DNA of 64,000 bases, taken from assembly GCA_944391515.1 (NCBI GenBank), contig CALXTW010000006.1, forward strand, positions 4,978 through 68,977, written 5' to 3'. A model generated the notes under the pieces. The model saw only the letters and a list, made by a program, of their open reading frames with translations. It was not told the DNA's origin and ran no database searches. A program made the translations under genes and the position numbers. The DNA comes from an uncultured Alphaproteobacteria bacterium (GTDB lineage: Bacteria; Pseudomonadota; Alphaproteobacteria; RF32; CAG-239). The first letter of the stretch is position 1. Every line of letters begins with the position of its first letter. Shown one piece after another: positions 1-10,039 of this stretch.

Positions 1-1
1 T

Positions 2-589
2 GATAGTGGTACTCGTTATGCAACTTGTACCTGTCCAAGTGGTGTAGCAACTCCATATGGATGTGAAACGTATTATGCATCCCCTTGCAATAACGTTTGT
101 CAAAAAGCTTATGCAGACAACTGCCGCAATCGCACATCTGTACAAACACCTTATGGATGTGAGAGTTATTTTTCAGATTGCTCTTCTAAATGTCAAAAAG
201 CATACGCAGATAACTGTCGTAATCGAACAGCGGTAATTTCTTCTTGTCCTGCTAATGCTGATTGTTCTTACTTTTCAGATTGTAAATCGAAGGTTCAATC
301 TTGGAGTTGTAAGTCAGGCTATGAAAAGTCAGGAAATTCTTGCATAAATCCATGTGATAACCGTACGGCTGTAATTAGCTCATGTCCAACGAATGCAAGT
401 TGTCCTACGTTTGCAGATTGTTCATCTAAAATCGAATCTTGGAGTTGTAATTCCGGTTATATTTATTGGTGTAAAGCCCCAGAAACAAATTGCACAACAC
501 TAGGCTATACCAAATCAGCAAGTCAATGCCCTGAAGGCTACATCAAATGTCCATACAATAGTTCAGCTGTATTTTGTAAAGATTCTTAA
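2..589 (+). CDS. 3' part of Cys-rich repeat protein (5' end outside window)
   Basis: Not in ORF track. Frame 2 is open from base 2 to TAA 587-589: DSGTRYATCTCP...QKAYADNCRNRT (x2)...NCTTLGYTKSASQCPEGYIKCPYNSSAVFCKDS; 25 Cys in 195 aa. Confidence 0.9.
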   Translation, partial: DSGTRYATCTCPSGVATPYGCETYYASPCNNVCQKAYADNCRNRTSVQTPYGCESYFSDCSSKCQKAYADNCRNRTAVISSCPANADCSYFSDCKSKVQSWSCKSGYEKSGNSCINPCDNRTAVISSCPTNASCPTFADCSSKIESWSCNSGYIYWCKAPETNCTTLGYTKSASQCPEGYIKCPYNSSAVFCKDS

Positions 590-618
590 AATTCAATTCA
601 AAAAAAAGGAGAAAGAAA

Positions 619-1284
619 ATGAGAAAGATAAATAAGAGTATTGTACAAATATCTTCCACTTTAGGCTTGATATTAACTATTGGTACTTTACACGCTGCAG
701 AATGCACTCAAGCTCCTGATTGCGCAAATTTGGGATATACAAAAACAGCAAGTGATTGCTCTGGAATGGCTTCTATTAAATGTCCTTTTGATACAAGTAA
801 AGTTTTTTGTGATGAGAAAACAGCAAAAGCATGTGATAAAATAGGAGATATTGCTTATAGTGATGGAACATGTGTTGTAAAGCTAAGTAAATTAGATCCT
901 TTACGTCAAGCAATAGGTGTTGTTGTAAATGTTTCCCCTCTTACTGTTATTAGTTTTTATGAAATCAGTTCTATAAATTGGAACGATGCTAAAAGTTATT
1001 GTGATGATTATACTCTCCATGGTTTGACAAATTGGAGGCTACCTGATAGTAGTGAGTTAAAAATTATTTATAGTAATACAACGAATTTAAATAATGTACA
1101 GGGCAGTTTGTATCAACTAGGTAAGCCAGTGTTTACAGGTAAATACTGGAATTCCACTTATACAATGGCAAAAGAGCAAACAGGAATGTATCCCCATGGA
1201 GGATATGTAGATTTTGCAAATAAGCGCTATAGTACTGAGCGTGTTGAGAAGTTAAATAAATTAAGATGTGCAATAAGTTTATAA
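619..1284 (+). CDS. Secreted protein: Cys module + DUF1566/C-type-lectin-like domain
   Basis: Signal peptide (..TLHAA); CANLGYTKTASDC..KCPFDTSKVFC module; GDIAYSDG..IGVV; WNDAKSYC..WRLP..EL..YWNST..LRC pattern; GGAG RBS. Confidence 0.75.
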   Translation: MRKINKSIVQISSTLGLILTIGTLHAAECTQAPDCANLGYTKTASDCSGMASIKCPFDTSKVFCDEKTAKACDKIGDIAYSDGTCVVKLSKLDPLRQAIGVVVNVSPLTVISFYEISSINWNDAKSYCDDYTLHGLTNWRLPDSSELKIIYSNTTNLNNVQGSLYQLGKPVFTGKYWNSTYTMAKEQTGMYPHGGYVDFANKRYSTERVEKLNKLRCAISL

Positions 1285-1324
1285 TAATATCTATAATGAA
1301 CGCATAAATCAAATATTTAATATT

Positions 1325-1358
1325 ACAAGTCCCTTTTAGTATTAAAGGGACTTGTTTT
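1325..1358. terminator. Intrinsic terminator between convergent genes
   Basis: acaagtcccttt / aaagggacttgt 12-bp stem followed by T run. Confidence 0.8.
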
Positions 1359-1373
1359 GGAAAAGGATAAAGG

Positions 1374-2810
1374 TTACTCTTTAGGTTTGTTTTTATTGCG
1401 CAAAGGAGCACGCTTTTCCTTTTTATCGGCGTATGGGTTTCCGGTTTTGCGTACGGTAATCCGAATTGGAATACCTCCCAAATTAAATGTCTCACGCAAA
1501 TTGTTGGTCAAATAACGCAAATAGGAATCAGGCAGGCCTTCAGGATTGCTTGAGAACATATAAAATGCCGGTGGTCTTGTCTTGGCTTGTGTAATATAAC
1601 GCAACTTAATTCGACGTTTGTTTTTACCCAAAGGAGGTGGGCAGTTATCTTTAATATCTTCAAACCATTTATTCAACGGCGCGGTCGGAATGCGAACATT
1701 CCAACGATCATAAACCTTAAATACTGCACTCATCAATTTATCCAACCCTTCTTTCTTTAGGGCTGAAATTGTAACCGTCGGAACACCTTCAACTTGAGTG
1801 AGAGATGTCTGTAATTTGTCATTGAGTTTTTGCAAGGCTTCTTTGCGGTTGGCAATATCCCACTTATTAACGGCAATCACCAAAGCTCTGCCTTCATCAA
1901 TAACCTCACGGGCAATTGTTAAATCTTGTTTGTCAAGCACGGCATCAGCATCCAATACCAAAACCACAACTTGCGCCATATAGGCGGCGTGTTTTGTGCT
2001 GGCAGCTGACATTTTTTCTAGAGAATCATCTACTCTTGATTGACGGCGTAATCCGGCTGTATCAACCAAAATTACCTTGCGGCCTTTCCACTCCCATTCA
2101 TTACTGATAGCATCACGCGTTACGCCGGCTTCAGGACCTGTCAACATTCTTTCATCGTTAAGAAGAGCGTTAACTAAAGTTGATTTTCCGACATTTGGTC
2201 TGCCGACAATTGCCAATTGAATAGGTTTAGCTTTTGCTTTGGCGTCCAAGTATTGAGTAATTTCTTCGTCACTCATTCCCTCAAAGTCTATTTTTTCATC
2301 TTCTTTTTTGGTCTCTTGCTTGTTGTGGGGGCGCAAAGCCTCATATAAGTCTAACAACCCCAAACCATGCTCAGCCGAAAAAGGAATAGGTTCGCCCAAA
2401 CCAAGTGAATAAGCTTCATGAATACTGTCTTCTTGGAGTTTCCCTTCACATTTATTGGCTAATAACACGACAGGCTTTCCGCTTTGTCTTACCAAGTCGG
2501 CAAAATGCTTGTCAAAAGGTTGCACACCATCTCTTGCATCAAACAAAAACAAGCAAACATCGGCATCATCAATCGCTTTTTTTGTTTGCAACCACATTCT
2601 TTTTTCCAGATTATCTTCGTTTGAGTATTCGTATCCGGCGGTATCAATCACAACCAAGTCCAAATTTTGGAGCTTAGCTTTTGCTTCTTTGCGGTCACGC
2701 GTTACGCCCGGTTGGTCGTGAACAATTGCCAACTTTCTACCAACCAAGCGATTAAACAAGGTCGATTTTCCAACATTAGGTCTGCCGACAATTGCCAGTT
2801 TAATACTCAT
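1374..2810 (-). CDS. der: Ribosome biogenesis GTPase Der (EngA)
   Basis: Two GRPNVGKS P-loops, DTAG, NKxD/NKWD, C-terminal KH-like domain. Confidence 0.98.
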   Translation of the reverse strand: MSIKLAIVGRPNVGKSTLFNRLVGRKLAIVHDQPGVTRDRKEAKAKLQNLDLVVIDTAGYEYSNEDNLEKRMWLQTKKAIDDADVCLFLFDARDGVQPFDKHFADLVRQSGKPVVLLANKCEGKLQEDSIHEAYSLGLGEPIPFSAEHGLGLLDLYEALRPHNKQETKKEDEKIDFEGMSDEEITQYLDAKAKAKPIQLAIVGRPNVGKSTLVNALLNDERMLTGPEAGVTRDAISNEWEWKGRKVILVDTAGLRRQSRVDDSLEKMSAASTKHAAYMAQVVVLVLDADAVLDKQDLTIAREVIDEGRALVIAVNKWDIANRKEALQKLNDKLQTSLTQVEGVPTVTISALKKEGLDKLMSAVFKVYDRWNVRIPTAPLNKWFEDIKDNCPPPLGKNKRRIKLRYITQAKTRPPAFYMFSSNPEGLPDSYLRYLTNNLRETFNLGGIPIRITVRKTGNPYADKKEKRAPLRNKNKPKE

Positions 2811-2824
2811 TTACCATTAATCCT

Positions 2825-4186
2825 TTACTTATATGCAATTAAATCTGCATCATTTGTGGTTAAAATTGTGATACCATCAGCCACAACCGGAGGAACTTCT
2901 ACCCCATCATCCAGAGCGACAAAACTCATAATCTTTCCGGTATAAGGAGACACTGCAAAAGCATATCCGCTAGAAGTTGCCACCAATAAACGATTGTCTG
3001 TTAAGACAGGACCACTCAGGAATACACCGGATTTATCATCATCAGATGTTCCCAAAGGAATTTTTGTACTCCAAACGATTTTACCTGTCTCAGCCTCAAT
3101 AGCTAATAAATCATTTGTGTTTGAGAGAACAAACAACATTCTGCCGGCAACCCATGGCTGATTTGTACTGCCGATGTCTTTTTCCCAAATTCGTTCACCT
3201 GTTCTGATATCAATAGCTACCAAAATATCATTGTGTCCGGCAGCATAAACCACATTGCCGCTAATCACAGGATTTGCCTTAATAGCGTTAATGTTTGCCA
3301 AAGAATTGTTACGAGCGTGAGCCGCTAACCAATCAGACCACAAAGGCGAGCCGGTCGAACCCTTAAATGCTCTTAATTCGCCATTAGAAAAAGCAGCTAC
3401 AATCAAGTCTTGATAAGGGTCATACGCAGGACTTGCTCCGCCGACCAAAACCGTTTGCTCTTGAGCTGATTTATAGCGCCACTCTTCAGTACCCGTTTGG
3501 GCATTTAAGGCAATTAAAGTATTGTCGATTGTCTGCACCAAAACACGGTCATTAGCCACGGTCGGCGCAATTCTAATCGGCATACCGGCATTATAGAACC
3601 AAACTTTTTTGCCAGTAATCATGTCTAAAGAAAACACGCCGCCAAAGCCAGTTGTAGCATAAATCTTGCGTTTATATTCTGCTAAACCGGCACCTTTTAA
3701 GGAGGTTGATTTATCATCTTTAATTAAGGGTTTAAGTTTTCTCTTCCAAATTCTTTCCCCATTATCTAAACGATATGCACTGACTGTTGCATTTGCATCA
3801 ATTGCAAAAACAACTTTATAAGCGATGATTGGAGTTGCAATCAAATAATCTCTTTTAGAATTTCCTTCTCCAAAATTACTATCCCAGAAAGGAGTTAATT
3901 TACTCCCCGTTTGCAAATGCTCCATTCTGTGCATGGCGTTTCCGCCACTTTGAGACCAACTTTTGTTAATATGAGGTCTGGGCAAAACCACCTTGTATTC
4001 GCCTTCCTGATAATCGGGGCGAACTTTTGCTTCCGTGTTAAGCACAGAGATTCTTTCTCCATCCAACACCAATCTGTCTTTAGAAAACATTCCGCAGGAT
4101 GCTAACATCATGCAAGCGACCACGGTTGTAGTTTTTGACAATTTATAAGGAAGCATTGCCTTCTCCTCAAAAATTTTACTAATCAA
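2825..4186 (-). CDS. bamB: PQQ-repeat beta-propeller lipoprotein, BamB-like
   Basis: Lipobox LASC, repeated G..W PQQ motifs, conserved yfgM-bamB-der order; true start may be ATG 4158. Confidence 0.85.
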   Translation of the reverse strand: MISKIFEEKAMLPYKLSKTTTVVACMMLASCGMFSKDRLVLDGERISVLNTEAKVRPDYQEGEYKVVLPRPHINKSWSQSGGNAMHRMEHLQTGSKLTPFWDSNFGEGNSKRDYLIATPIIAYKVVFAIDANATVSAYRLDNGERIWKRKLKPLIKDDKSTSLKGAGLAEYKRKIYATTGFGGVFSLDMITGKKVWFYNAGMPIRIAPTVANDRVLVQTIDNTLIALNAQTGTEEWRYKSAQEQTVLVGGASPAYDPYQDLIVAAFSNGELRAFKGSTGSPLWSDWLAAHARNNSLANINAIKANPVISGNVVYAAGHNDILVAIDIRTGERIWEKDIGSTNQPWVAGRMLFVLSNTNDLLAIEAETGKIVWSTKIPLGTSDDDKSGVFLSGPVLTDNRLLVATSSGYAFAVSPYTGKIMSFVALDDGVEVPPVVADGITILTTNDADLIAYK

Positions 4187-4865
4187 TTGAATTTAAAGCA
4201 GATAACATATCTTGAACTCTTAATTTTAAGCCGTCACTTAAATCGGGAGAGTTCAATATTTCGCCATAAATTTCTTTAGCTTTTTCAATATTACCTTCAC
4301 GAATTTCGAGCATAGCCAGCATTTCCTTAGCTATATTTTTCCAAGAACTCTCGGCATTCATTAAAGGAGTAAGTAGTTTTTCGATTTCTTCTCTCGGAGC
4401 CGTATCTAATTTATAAGAGACTAATTTGACGGCCGTAATATGACGCAATTTAGAGTTAAAATCCTCATCATTAACAATTTTTTCAAGCAAAGCCAAAGCT
4501 TCGGCATTTTTGCCTTGTTCAAACAAGATATTTGCTTTTTGAATTTCGGAAAGATTTTTGTAAATACCTTTATTTTTTTGCTCTATATCAGCCAAGATAT
4601 TAAGGCTCTCTTCATATTTACCTTGATTTTGGAGCTGGAGGGCATAAGCATAAGCATCTGACCAAGTTTCGTTTCTTTTAATTTTCCACGCTTTCAGAGT
4701 TTCGAAGCTGACGGCTATTGTCAAAATTGCAATAATGGCAATGATGATGTGCAAACCATATGTGTCCCAAATTTTTTTGAGTTTATCGTTTTGAACATCT
4801 TCGGAAACTTCTCTGAAAAAATTATCAATAGCTCTAGATTCCGCGTTTGTTTCTTTCTTTTTCAT
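4179..4865 (-). CDS. yfgM: YfgM-like membrane-anchored TPR protein
   Basis: IDNFFREVSEDVQNDKLKKIWD + single TM + helical repeats; upstream of bamB-der. Start taken at ATG 4865 (track gives 4886). Confidence 0.8.
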   Translation of the reverse strand: MKKKETNAESRAIDNFFREVSEDVQNDKLKKIWDTYGLHIIIAIIAILTIAVSFETLKAWKIKRNETWSDAYAYALQLQNQGKYEESLNILADIEQKNKGIYKNLSEIQKANILFEQGKNAEALALLEKIVNDEDFNSKLRHITAVKLVSYKLDTAPREEIEKLLTPLMNAESSWKNIAKEMLAMLEIREGNIEKAKEIYGEILNSPDLSDGLKLRVQDMLSALNSID

Positions 4866-4964
4866 TTTAATACTCACTTTACTCAAGGTTAAAAGTCACA
4901 AAACTATTTTTATATATACCTCAAAATCCCAACAAGGCAATCATTTAATCCGATTCGCTGACAA

Positions 4965-6146
4965 TTATTTCCGAACAATGTCATGAATAAGAAAAGCTTT
5001 TACCCATTTAAGGTCTTTAAGCGGCAATTTTTTCCCAAAAATCATTGTTTTGCAATCAGATGCAATTGAAAGAAAATACCTGTCTGTTGAAGGATCAAAG
5101 TTGACTTCAACCGATTCGATTTTATCCTTGCTGATTTCATTATCTTTTTTTGAGAAAAGCATGAATTTATGAACAATAATGATTTTATACGGCTTAATGA
5201 TGATTTTATCCTTTCGGCACAACAGCCACACGGCTAAAATAATGAGACCTAAGCCACAGCCATACAAACCATATTGCCACAAGCTATTGGTAATATTTAA
5301 TCCAAATTCATCAGAAAGGGCGGAGCAAAACAGAAAACCACCTAAAATAACCAATCCAATCCAAGAAATAATATTATAAGCATCCCAAACAAATTTTCTG
5401 GATTTTATGACTGTTTTGTCTCTTCTGCGAACAAAAGCTAAAGAGGAAGGAAGCGGTATTCTATCATTATATTTATTACTTATAACGCCACTTTTTACGA
5501 GCTCTCGTAATGTTTTATCTAAATCTTCAACATTTCTGACGACCATACCTTCATCAGTCATAAAGATAGCTGGTAAATTCAATCCTTTGGCATAATACTC
5601 CCACATGCGTCGGATTTTTTTATCCGAAGTGCTGATGTACAGAGGTACGATTTTGTTTTTATTTTTGTGGTAGAGTTCAATAATGTATTTATTTTTATTT
5701 AGAAAGCCGAATTGGAAAAATTCGATTCTAAAACGCACACCTTCATAATTTTGTAGCTTTTCCTTGAAGTGTTGTTTTTTTCCAAAGACGGGACGATGAA
5801 TAATTTCCACGCTATCTTTATTTAGCAAAATTTTCTTATATCTGATGTAGGAAAAGATAAGAGAAATGACAATCCACGCACCTAAAGCAATAATAGTCCA
5901 ATCAAACACCCAAGGTTTCATGAATGGTTCAATAACGGCTTGTTCATTTCCCAATATATCAAAAGAGCAAGTCGTACCCTTAAATCCATTCAAAAACTCA
6001 TAAAGACCTAATAGCACCAGCAATGCGCCAAAGAGCAATCCAGGATATAAAATGCTCAAAGCGATCCTGTCAGATTTTTTTGTAGGAAGGTTTTCCAGTT
6101 TTAATTCGAAACTGTGGCTAAAATGGTCAGGTGCGATAAAATTCAT
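4965..6146 (-). CDS. Hypothetical membrane protein (two TM-hairpin + soluble-domain units)
   Basis: 393-aa ORF with two pairs of TM helices, each followed by a beta-rich basic segment. Confidence 0.7.
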   Translation of the reverse strand: MNFIAPDHFSHSFELKLENLPTKKSDRIALSILYPGLLFGALLVLLGLYEFLNGFKGTTCSFDILGNEQAVIEPFMKPWVFDWTIIALGAWIVISLIFSYIRYKKILLNKDSVEIIHRPVFGKKQHFKEKLQNYEGVRFRIEFFQFGFLNKNKYIIELYHKNKNKIVPLYISTSDKKIRRMWEYYAKGLNLPAIFMTDEGMVVRNVEDLDKTLRELVKSGVISNKYNDRIPLPSSLAFVRRRDKTVIKSRKFVWDAYNIISWIGLVILGGFLFCSALSDEFGLNITNSLWQYGLYGCGLGLIILAVWLLCRKDKIIIKPYKIIIVHKFMLFSKKDNEISKDKIESVEVNFDPSTDRYFLSIASDCKTMIFGKKLPLKDLKWVKAFLIHDIVRK

Positions 6147-6309
6147 GTCATTTTTCCTTCATATAATAATTATGACACTCCTATGCTATATTATTTTATT
6201 TAAATAATCATCAATTTTTTTTTGCATAATTTAGATAAAGATTCAATCAATATTAACCACTATTCGTTTAACGTGAAATCAAATTAATAAAAAGCAGAAG
6301 GAAAGACTT

Positions 6310-8337
6310 ATGGGAAGTATTGAAATTTTTGCCAATAATGTATATACGAATATAACCATTTGGGGTATGATTTTATTATTTTTTACCTCAATTTATTGCA
6401 GTTATAATCTGAATTTAAGTCGTGCAATTTGGTTTTTATTTGCCGGATTATTGGTAGAATTAATCGGTTCGTGGTATGGCTATAACATTAGTTATAGTGC
6501 TTCTGCTGCAGAGATTAGTATATCTGTCGCGCTTGAGTTAACGTTTATTTTGATATCTGTGATTTTTTTGGCGCTGGCTGCAGCTGAAATCTTAACCGGA
6601 AAAGCGCCGGTTCTGGCTTACGCAGTAGGCGGAATTGTTTTAGGTATGTCCGCTATTATATTTTTCTGTTTTATCTATCCGGATGGAGACATGATAAACA
6701 ATATGCGTAAAATCTTCCCAATAGCCGGTTTTGCATATCTTATGGCAAGTTTTTGGTCACAGGCTTCAGCCCAGCAACAAAGCGGATATTGGATTGCAGC
6801 ACTGACAACAACAGTTACGACAGTATTTTTACTTATGCGCTTGTTTAATATCGGCTATTTTGTAGAACACACTTGGTACATTTCAATTTTTACCTATGTA
6901 TCGTTGATTATGTCATTAATGATGATAAAGAACGGCTATGCCTACAAGCAAGTTGAAAAAATGGAAGCAGAGATAGAAAAATACAATCGTCGTCTGGAAG
7001 AAATTATTAAATCATCTCCATTCCCGATTACCATATCCCGTCTCAGTGATGATAAGATTTTGATGGCGAATGACAATGCGGTAAAATTGTTTGGCATTTT
7101 GCCGGCAGAACTGGATAGATATCGCCTCAAAGATTTTTTTGCCGATGGCGATAATCGTCAACTCTTAAACGAACGTCTGGAAAAAGAGAAGGAAGTTCAT
7201 GATTTTGAGATTTTGGCCAAAGCCGTTAATGGTGAAACGCCCTTTTGGTTGCTGACTTCGGCAAACGTAATTGACTATAACTATGATGTTGCACTGTACT
7301 GTTCGTTCCAAGATATCACCAGCCGTAAAAATAGGGAGGCAGTACTAAAGAATCAAGCCACTCGAGATCCGTTAACCTCACTTTTTAATCGTCGTTATTT
7401 TGAAGATGAGGTCAATCGTCGTATAGCTTTAGCTCAAGCAAATCATCAGCAATACAGCGTCTTAATGATTGATGCTGACCACTTTAAGCGAGTTAACGAT
7501 ACCTACGGACACAAAACCGGTGATAAGGTTTTGATAGAATTATCATCTACGGCCGAAAAATCTTTACGTCAGGATGATATCGTTGCCCGTTATGGTGGTG
7601 AAGAATTTGTGGTCTTTTTGCCGGAACTCTCAGCTGAAGCTGCAAAAAATGTGGCTGACAGGTTAAGAGAAACCATTTCCAAAATAGTTGTATATTCCGA
7701 CCAAGGAGATGAAGTCAGATTTACGGTAAGTATCGGTATTTCTTCGTCGGCAATTTCTGATAATATTGATACGCTCATAAAGACCTCAGATGAAGCTTTA
7801 TATCGCGCTAAAGAAAATGGAAGAAACCGCTGTGAAATTTTTACTGTTGAGGATTTGAAAACTTTCAACGCATCATTGGATCATAAAGATGAAAGCTCAA
7901 ATCATCATCCGATTTTTGATAAAGAAAACACACAAGAAATCTCTCTTCTCGATGGGGTTGATGCTAATCATATAGTTGATAATCAAACCCAAATTGAAGA
8001 GCAAACAAAATCGCAACCTCAGCCGAGTACAGCTCCGTCAGTTCCGGTTCTACCTCAACCACAGGCGCAACCTCAGCCAAGTACAGCTCCGTCAGCTCCG
8101 GTTCTACCTCAACCGCAAGCGCAACCTCAGCCGAGTACAGCTCCGTCAGCTCCGGTTCTACCTCAACCTCAACCTACCGTAGCTCAAGCAAAGCCAATAT
8201 CTTCTCAAGAGCTACTTCAGTCAGCACAAAGTGCGGCCGTTCAATCTCAACCGCAACCAAACACAATGGCGCAGGCTCCGTCAACACCAGAGAACAGTTA
8301 TCCGATTCTCGGAGTAGATAATGATGAGCTCAAATAA
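6310..8337 (+). CDS. Membrane diguanylate cyclase (multi-TM, PAS, GGDEF, Pro/Gln tail)
   Basis: About 7 N-terminal TMs; PAS (..FQDIT); DPLTSLFNRR, DADHFKRVNDTYGH, RQDD I-site, GGEEF, ALYRAK. Confidence 0.93.
   Translation: MGSIEIFANNVYTNITIWGMILLFFTSIYCSYNLNLSRAIWFLFAGLLVELIGSWYGYNISYSASAAEISISVALELTFILISVIFLALAAAEILTGKAPVLAYAVGGIVLGMSAIIFFCFIYPDGDMINNMRKIFPIAGFAYLMASFWSQASAQQQSGYWIAALTTTVTTVFLLMRLFNIGYFVEHTWYISIFTYVSLIMSLMMIKNGYAYKQVEKMEAEIEKYNRRLEEIIKSSPFPITISRLSDDKILMANDNAVKLFGILPAELDRYRLKDFFADGDNRQLLNERLEKEKEVHDFEILAKAVNGETPFWLLTSANVIDYNYDVALYCSFQDITSRKNREAVLKNQATRDPLTSLFNRRYFEDEVNRRIALAQANHQQYSVLMIDADHFKRVNDTYGHKTGDKVLIELSSTAEKSLRQDDIVARYGGEEFVVFLPELSAEAAKNVADRLRETISKIVVYSDQGDEVRFTVSIGISSSAISDNIDTLIKTSDEALYRAKENGRNRCEIFTVEDLKTFNASLDHKDESSNHHPIFDKENTQEISLLDGVDANHIVDNQTQIEEQTKSQPQPSTAPSVPVLPQPQAQPQPSTAPSAPVLPQPQAQPQPSTAPSAPVLPQPQPTVAQAKPISSQELLQSAQSAAVQSQPQPNTMAQAPSTPENSYPILGVDNDELK
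8014..8175 (+). repeat. 3 x 54-bp tandem repeat encoding QPQPSTAPS(V/A)PVLPQPQA
   Basis: Units start at 8014, 8068, 8122; near-identical DNA. Confidence 0.95.
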
Positions 8338-9469
8338 AAAATCTTGTGGAGTGGAAAATCTTTGCGGTGGTTGTCCTCTGCGTCATTTATCAGAGGAAGA
8401 ATACCAACGTACCAAAGCCGAAAAGATTAATACCATTCTTAAAGGTATAAAGCTAGAAACTCTACCTCTTTCTCAGCCGATATTTATTGGTGATGGAACA
8501 AGAAGAAGAGCCACTTTTGCCTTTAATTTTGCTAAAGGTAAAATGGTATTGGGGTTTAATGCTTATCATAGCAACGAACTTGTTGATTGCGGTAATTGTT
8601 TGTTGTTACGCTCCGAAATTCGTCAAGCTCTGCCGGCTCTCAAAAATTTACTGGCAGATTTGTGTGCTGAGCCATTTGTCTCCAAACAAGGCAAAAAAAC
8701 AAGTTCTATAAGGCTGACCAAAGGAGATTTATCCATTACTTTGGCGGATAATGGCTTGGATGTGGTCATAGAACTTCCGCAAATGCCTGAATTAAATCAT
8801 CGGATGATTATTTCCGAACATCTTTCTTCTTTGCCTGATGTTATCCGTGTTTCTTGGCGACGTCGAGTTGATGACAAGCCCGAGGTCATTGTTGAAAAAT
8901 TAGCCCCGCAAATCAAAATTGGCTCAGTTACGGTATATATTCCGGCCGGAACATTTCTCCAACCCTCTCAGCAAGGAGAACAAGCACTCATTTCCCAAGT
9001 TTTGGAATATTTTGGGGAGGATAGGGGCAAAATTGCCGACCTCTTTTGCGGCGTTGGCACATTTTCTTATCCACTTTCGGAGTTAAAGGGCAATTCTATA
9101 ACCTCAATCGATTCTTCGGCAGATTTGCTTGAAGGGTTTCAACGCTCGGTTAATCGGAATATGATTTCCAATATCACGATTAAAGCCAAAAATTTGTTCA
9201 AATATCCGTTAGATGAACAAGAGCTGAAAGACTTTGATATTGTGGTTTTTGACCCACCCCGTGCCGGAGCTAAAGCACAAGTTGAAAAATTAGCCAATAT
9301 GGGCTTAAGAGGACCTCGCAAAATCATTGCTGTTTCGTGCAATCCCGAAACCTTTGTGAGAGATGCTAATATTTTGTTGAACGGCGGGTGGTGCTTGCAA
9401 AATTTGCGTATGGTTGACCAATTTATCTATTCTGACCACAGCGAAATAGTTGCGTTGTTTACAAAATAA
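8321..9469 (+). CDS. rlmD: RNA (uracil-5)-methyltransferase, RlmD/TrmA family
   Basis: Fe-S Cys motif C..LCGGC, FLQP, DLFCGVG, DPPRAG, VSCNP, DQF. Confidence 0.85.
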   Translation: MMSSNKKSCGVENLCGGCPLRHLSEEEYQRTKAEKINTILKGIKLETLPLSQPIFIGDGTRRRATFAFNFAKGKMVLGFNAYHSNELVDCGNCLLLRSEIRQALPALKNLLADLCAEPFVSKQGKKTSSIRLTKGDLSITLADNGLDVVIELPQMPELNHRMIISEHLSSLPDVIRVSWRRRVDDKPEVIVEKLAPQIKIGSVTVYIPAGTFLQPSQQGEQALISQVLEYFGEDRGKIADLFCGVGTFSYPLSELKGNSITSIDSSADLLEGFQRSVNRNMISNITIKAKNLFKYPLDEQELKDFDIVVFDPPRAGAKAQVEKLANMGLRGPRKIIAVSCNPETFVRDANILLNGGWCLQNLRMVDQFIYSDHSEIVALFTK

Positions 9470-9511
9470 ATAAGAACGTCTATATTAATTCTCAAAGAAG
9501 AGGAATAGACT

Positions 9512-10027
9512 ATGTTAAAAAAAATAAGCCTGATTTTATTTGTTTTTTTAACCGGTTGCGAATATAGCAATATGGATTATGAAACTTGCCCGCGTGTGCA
9601 AATTATCCGCGATAATGCTTATCTGACACAAATTGTCAACTATCGGGAAGAATTTCAAATCAACCTGATTGGCTATGACGGCTATTGCTATTATGACCGT
9701 AAAATTGAACAAAACAAGGCTTTGATAAAGCCGATTTTTCAAATCAAACGCCTCCGTCCGAGTGATGAAACGGATGTTCACTTTGCTTTTTATACAGAAA
9801 CGGTAAAAGGTCCTCCGCAATATATCGGTAAAAAAACGCACTTTGCTGCCGTTACAATTCCTTTAGATGCGACAGAAATAGAATATACCGCACCGCAGGT
9901 AATGGTTTATGTGCCCGAAGAATATAAATACAGTTATGATATCAATATGGGCTTGGTCATTTCGCCCGAAGAGCGTAAATACAATCATCGCACGTTTGAT
10001 ATTGAATATCGCTATTACAACAAATAA
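9512..10027 (+). CDS. Hypothetical lipoprotein
   Basis: Lipobox LTGC after hydrophobic stretch; GAGG RBS. Confidence 0.75.
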   Translation: MLKKISLILFVFLTGCEYSNMDYETCPRVQIIRDNAYLTQIVNYREEFQINLIGYDGYCYYDRKIEQNKALIKPIFQIKRLRPSDETDVHFAFYTETVKGPPQYIGKKTHFAAVTIPLDATEIEYTAPQVMVYVPEEYKYSYDINMGLVISPEERKYNHRTFDIEYRYYNK

Positions 10028-10039
10028 AAGGAGAAACAA

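Noticed and set aside
8014-8175. 54-bp and 39-bp (54771) tandem repeats as CRISPR arrays
   Set aside because: In-frame coding repeats with no unique spacers.
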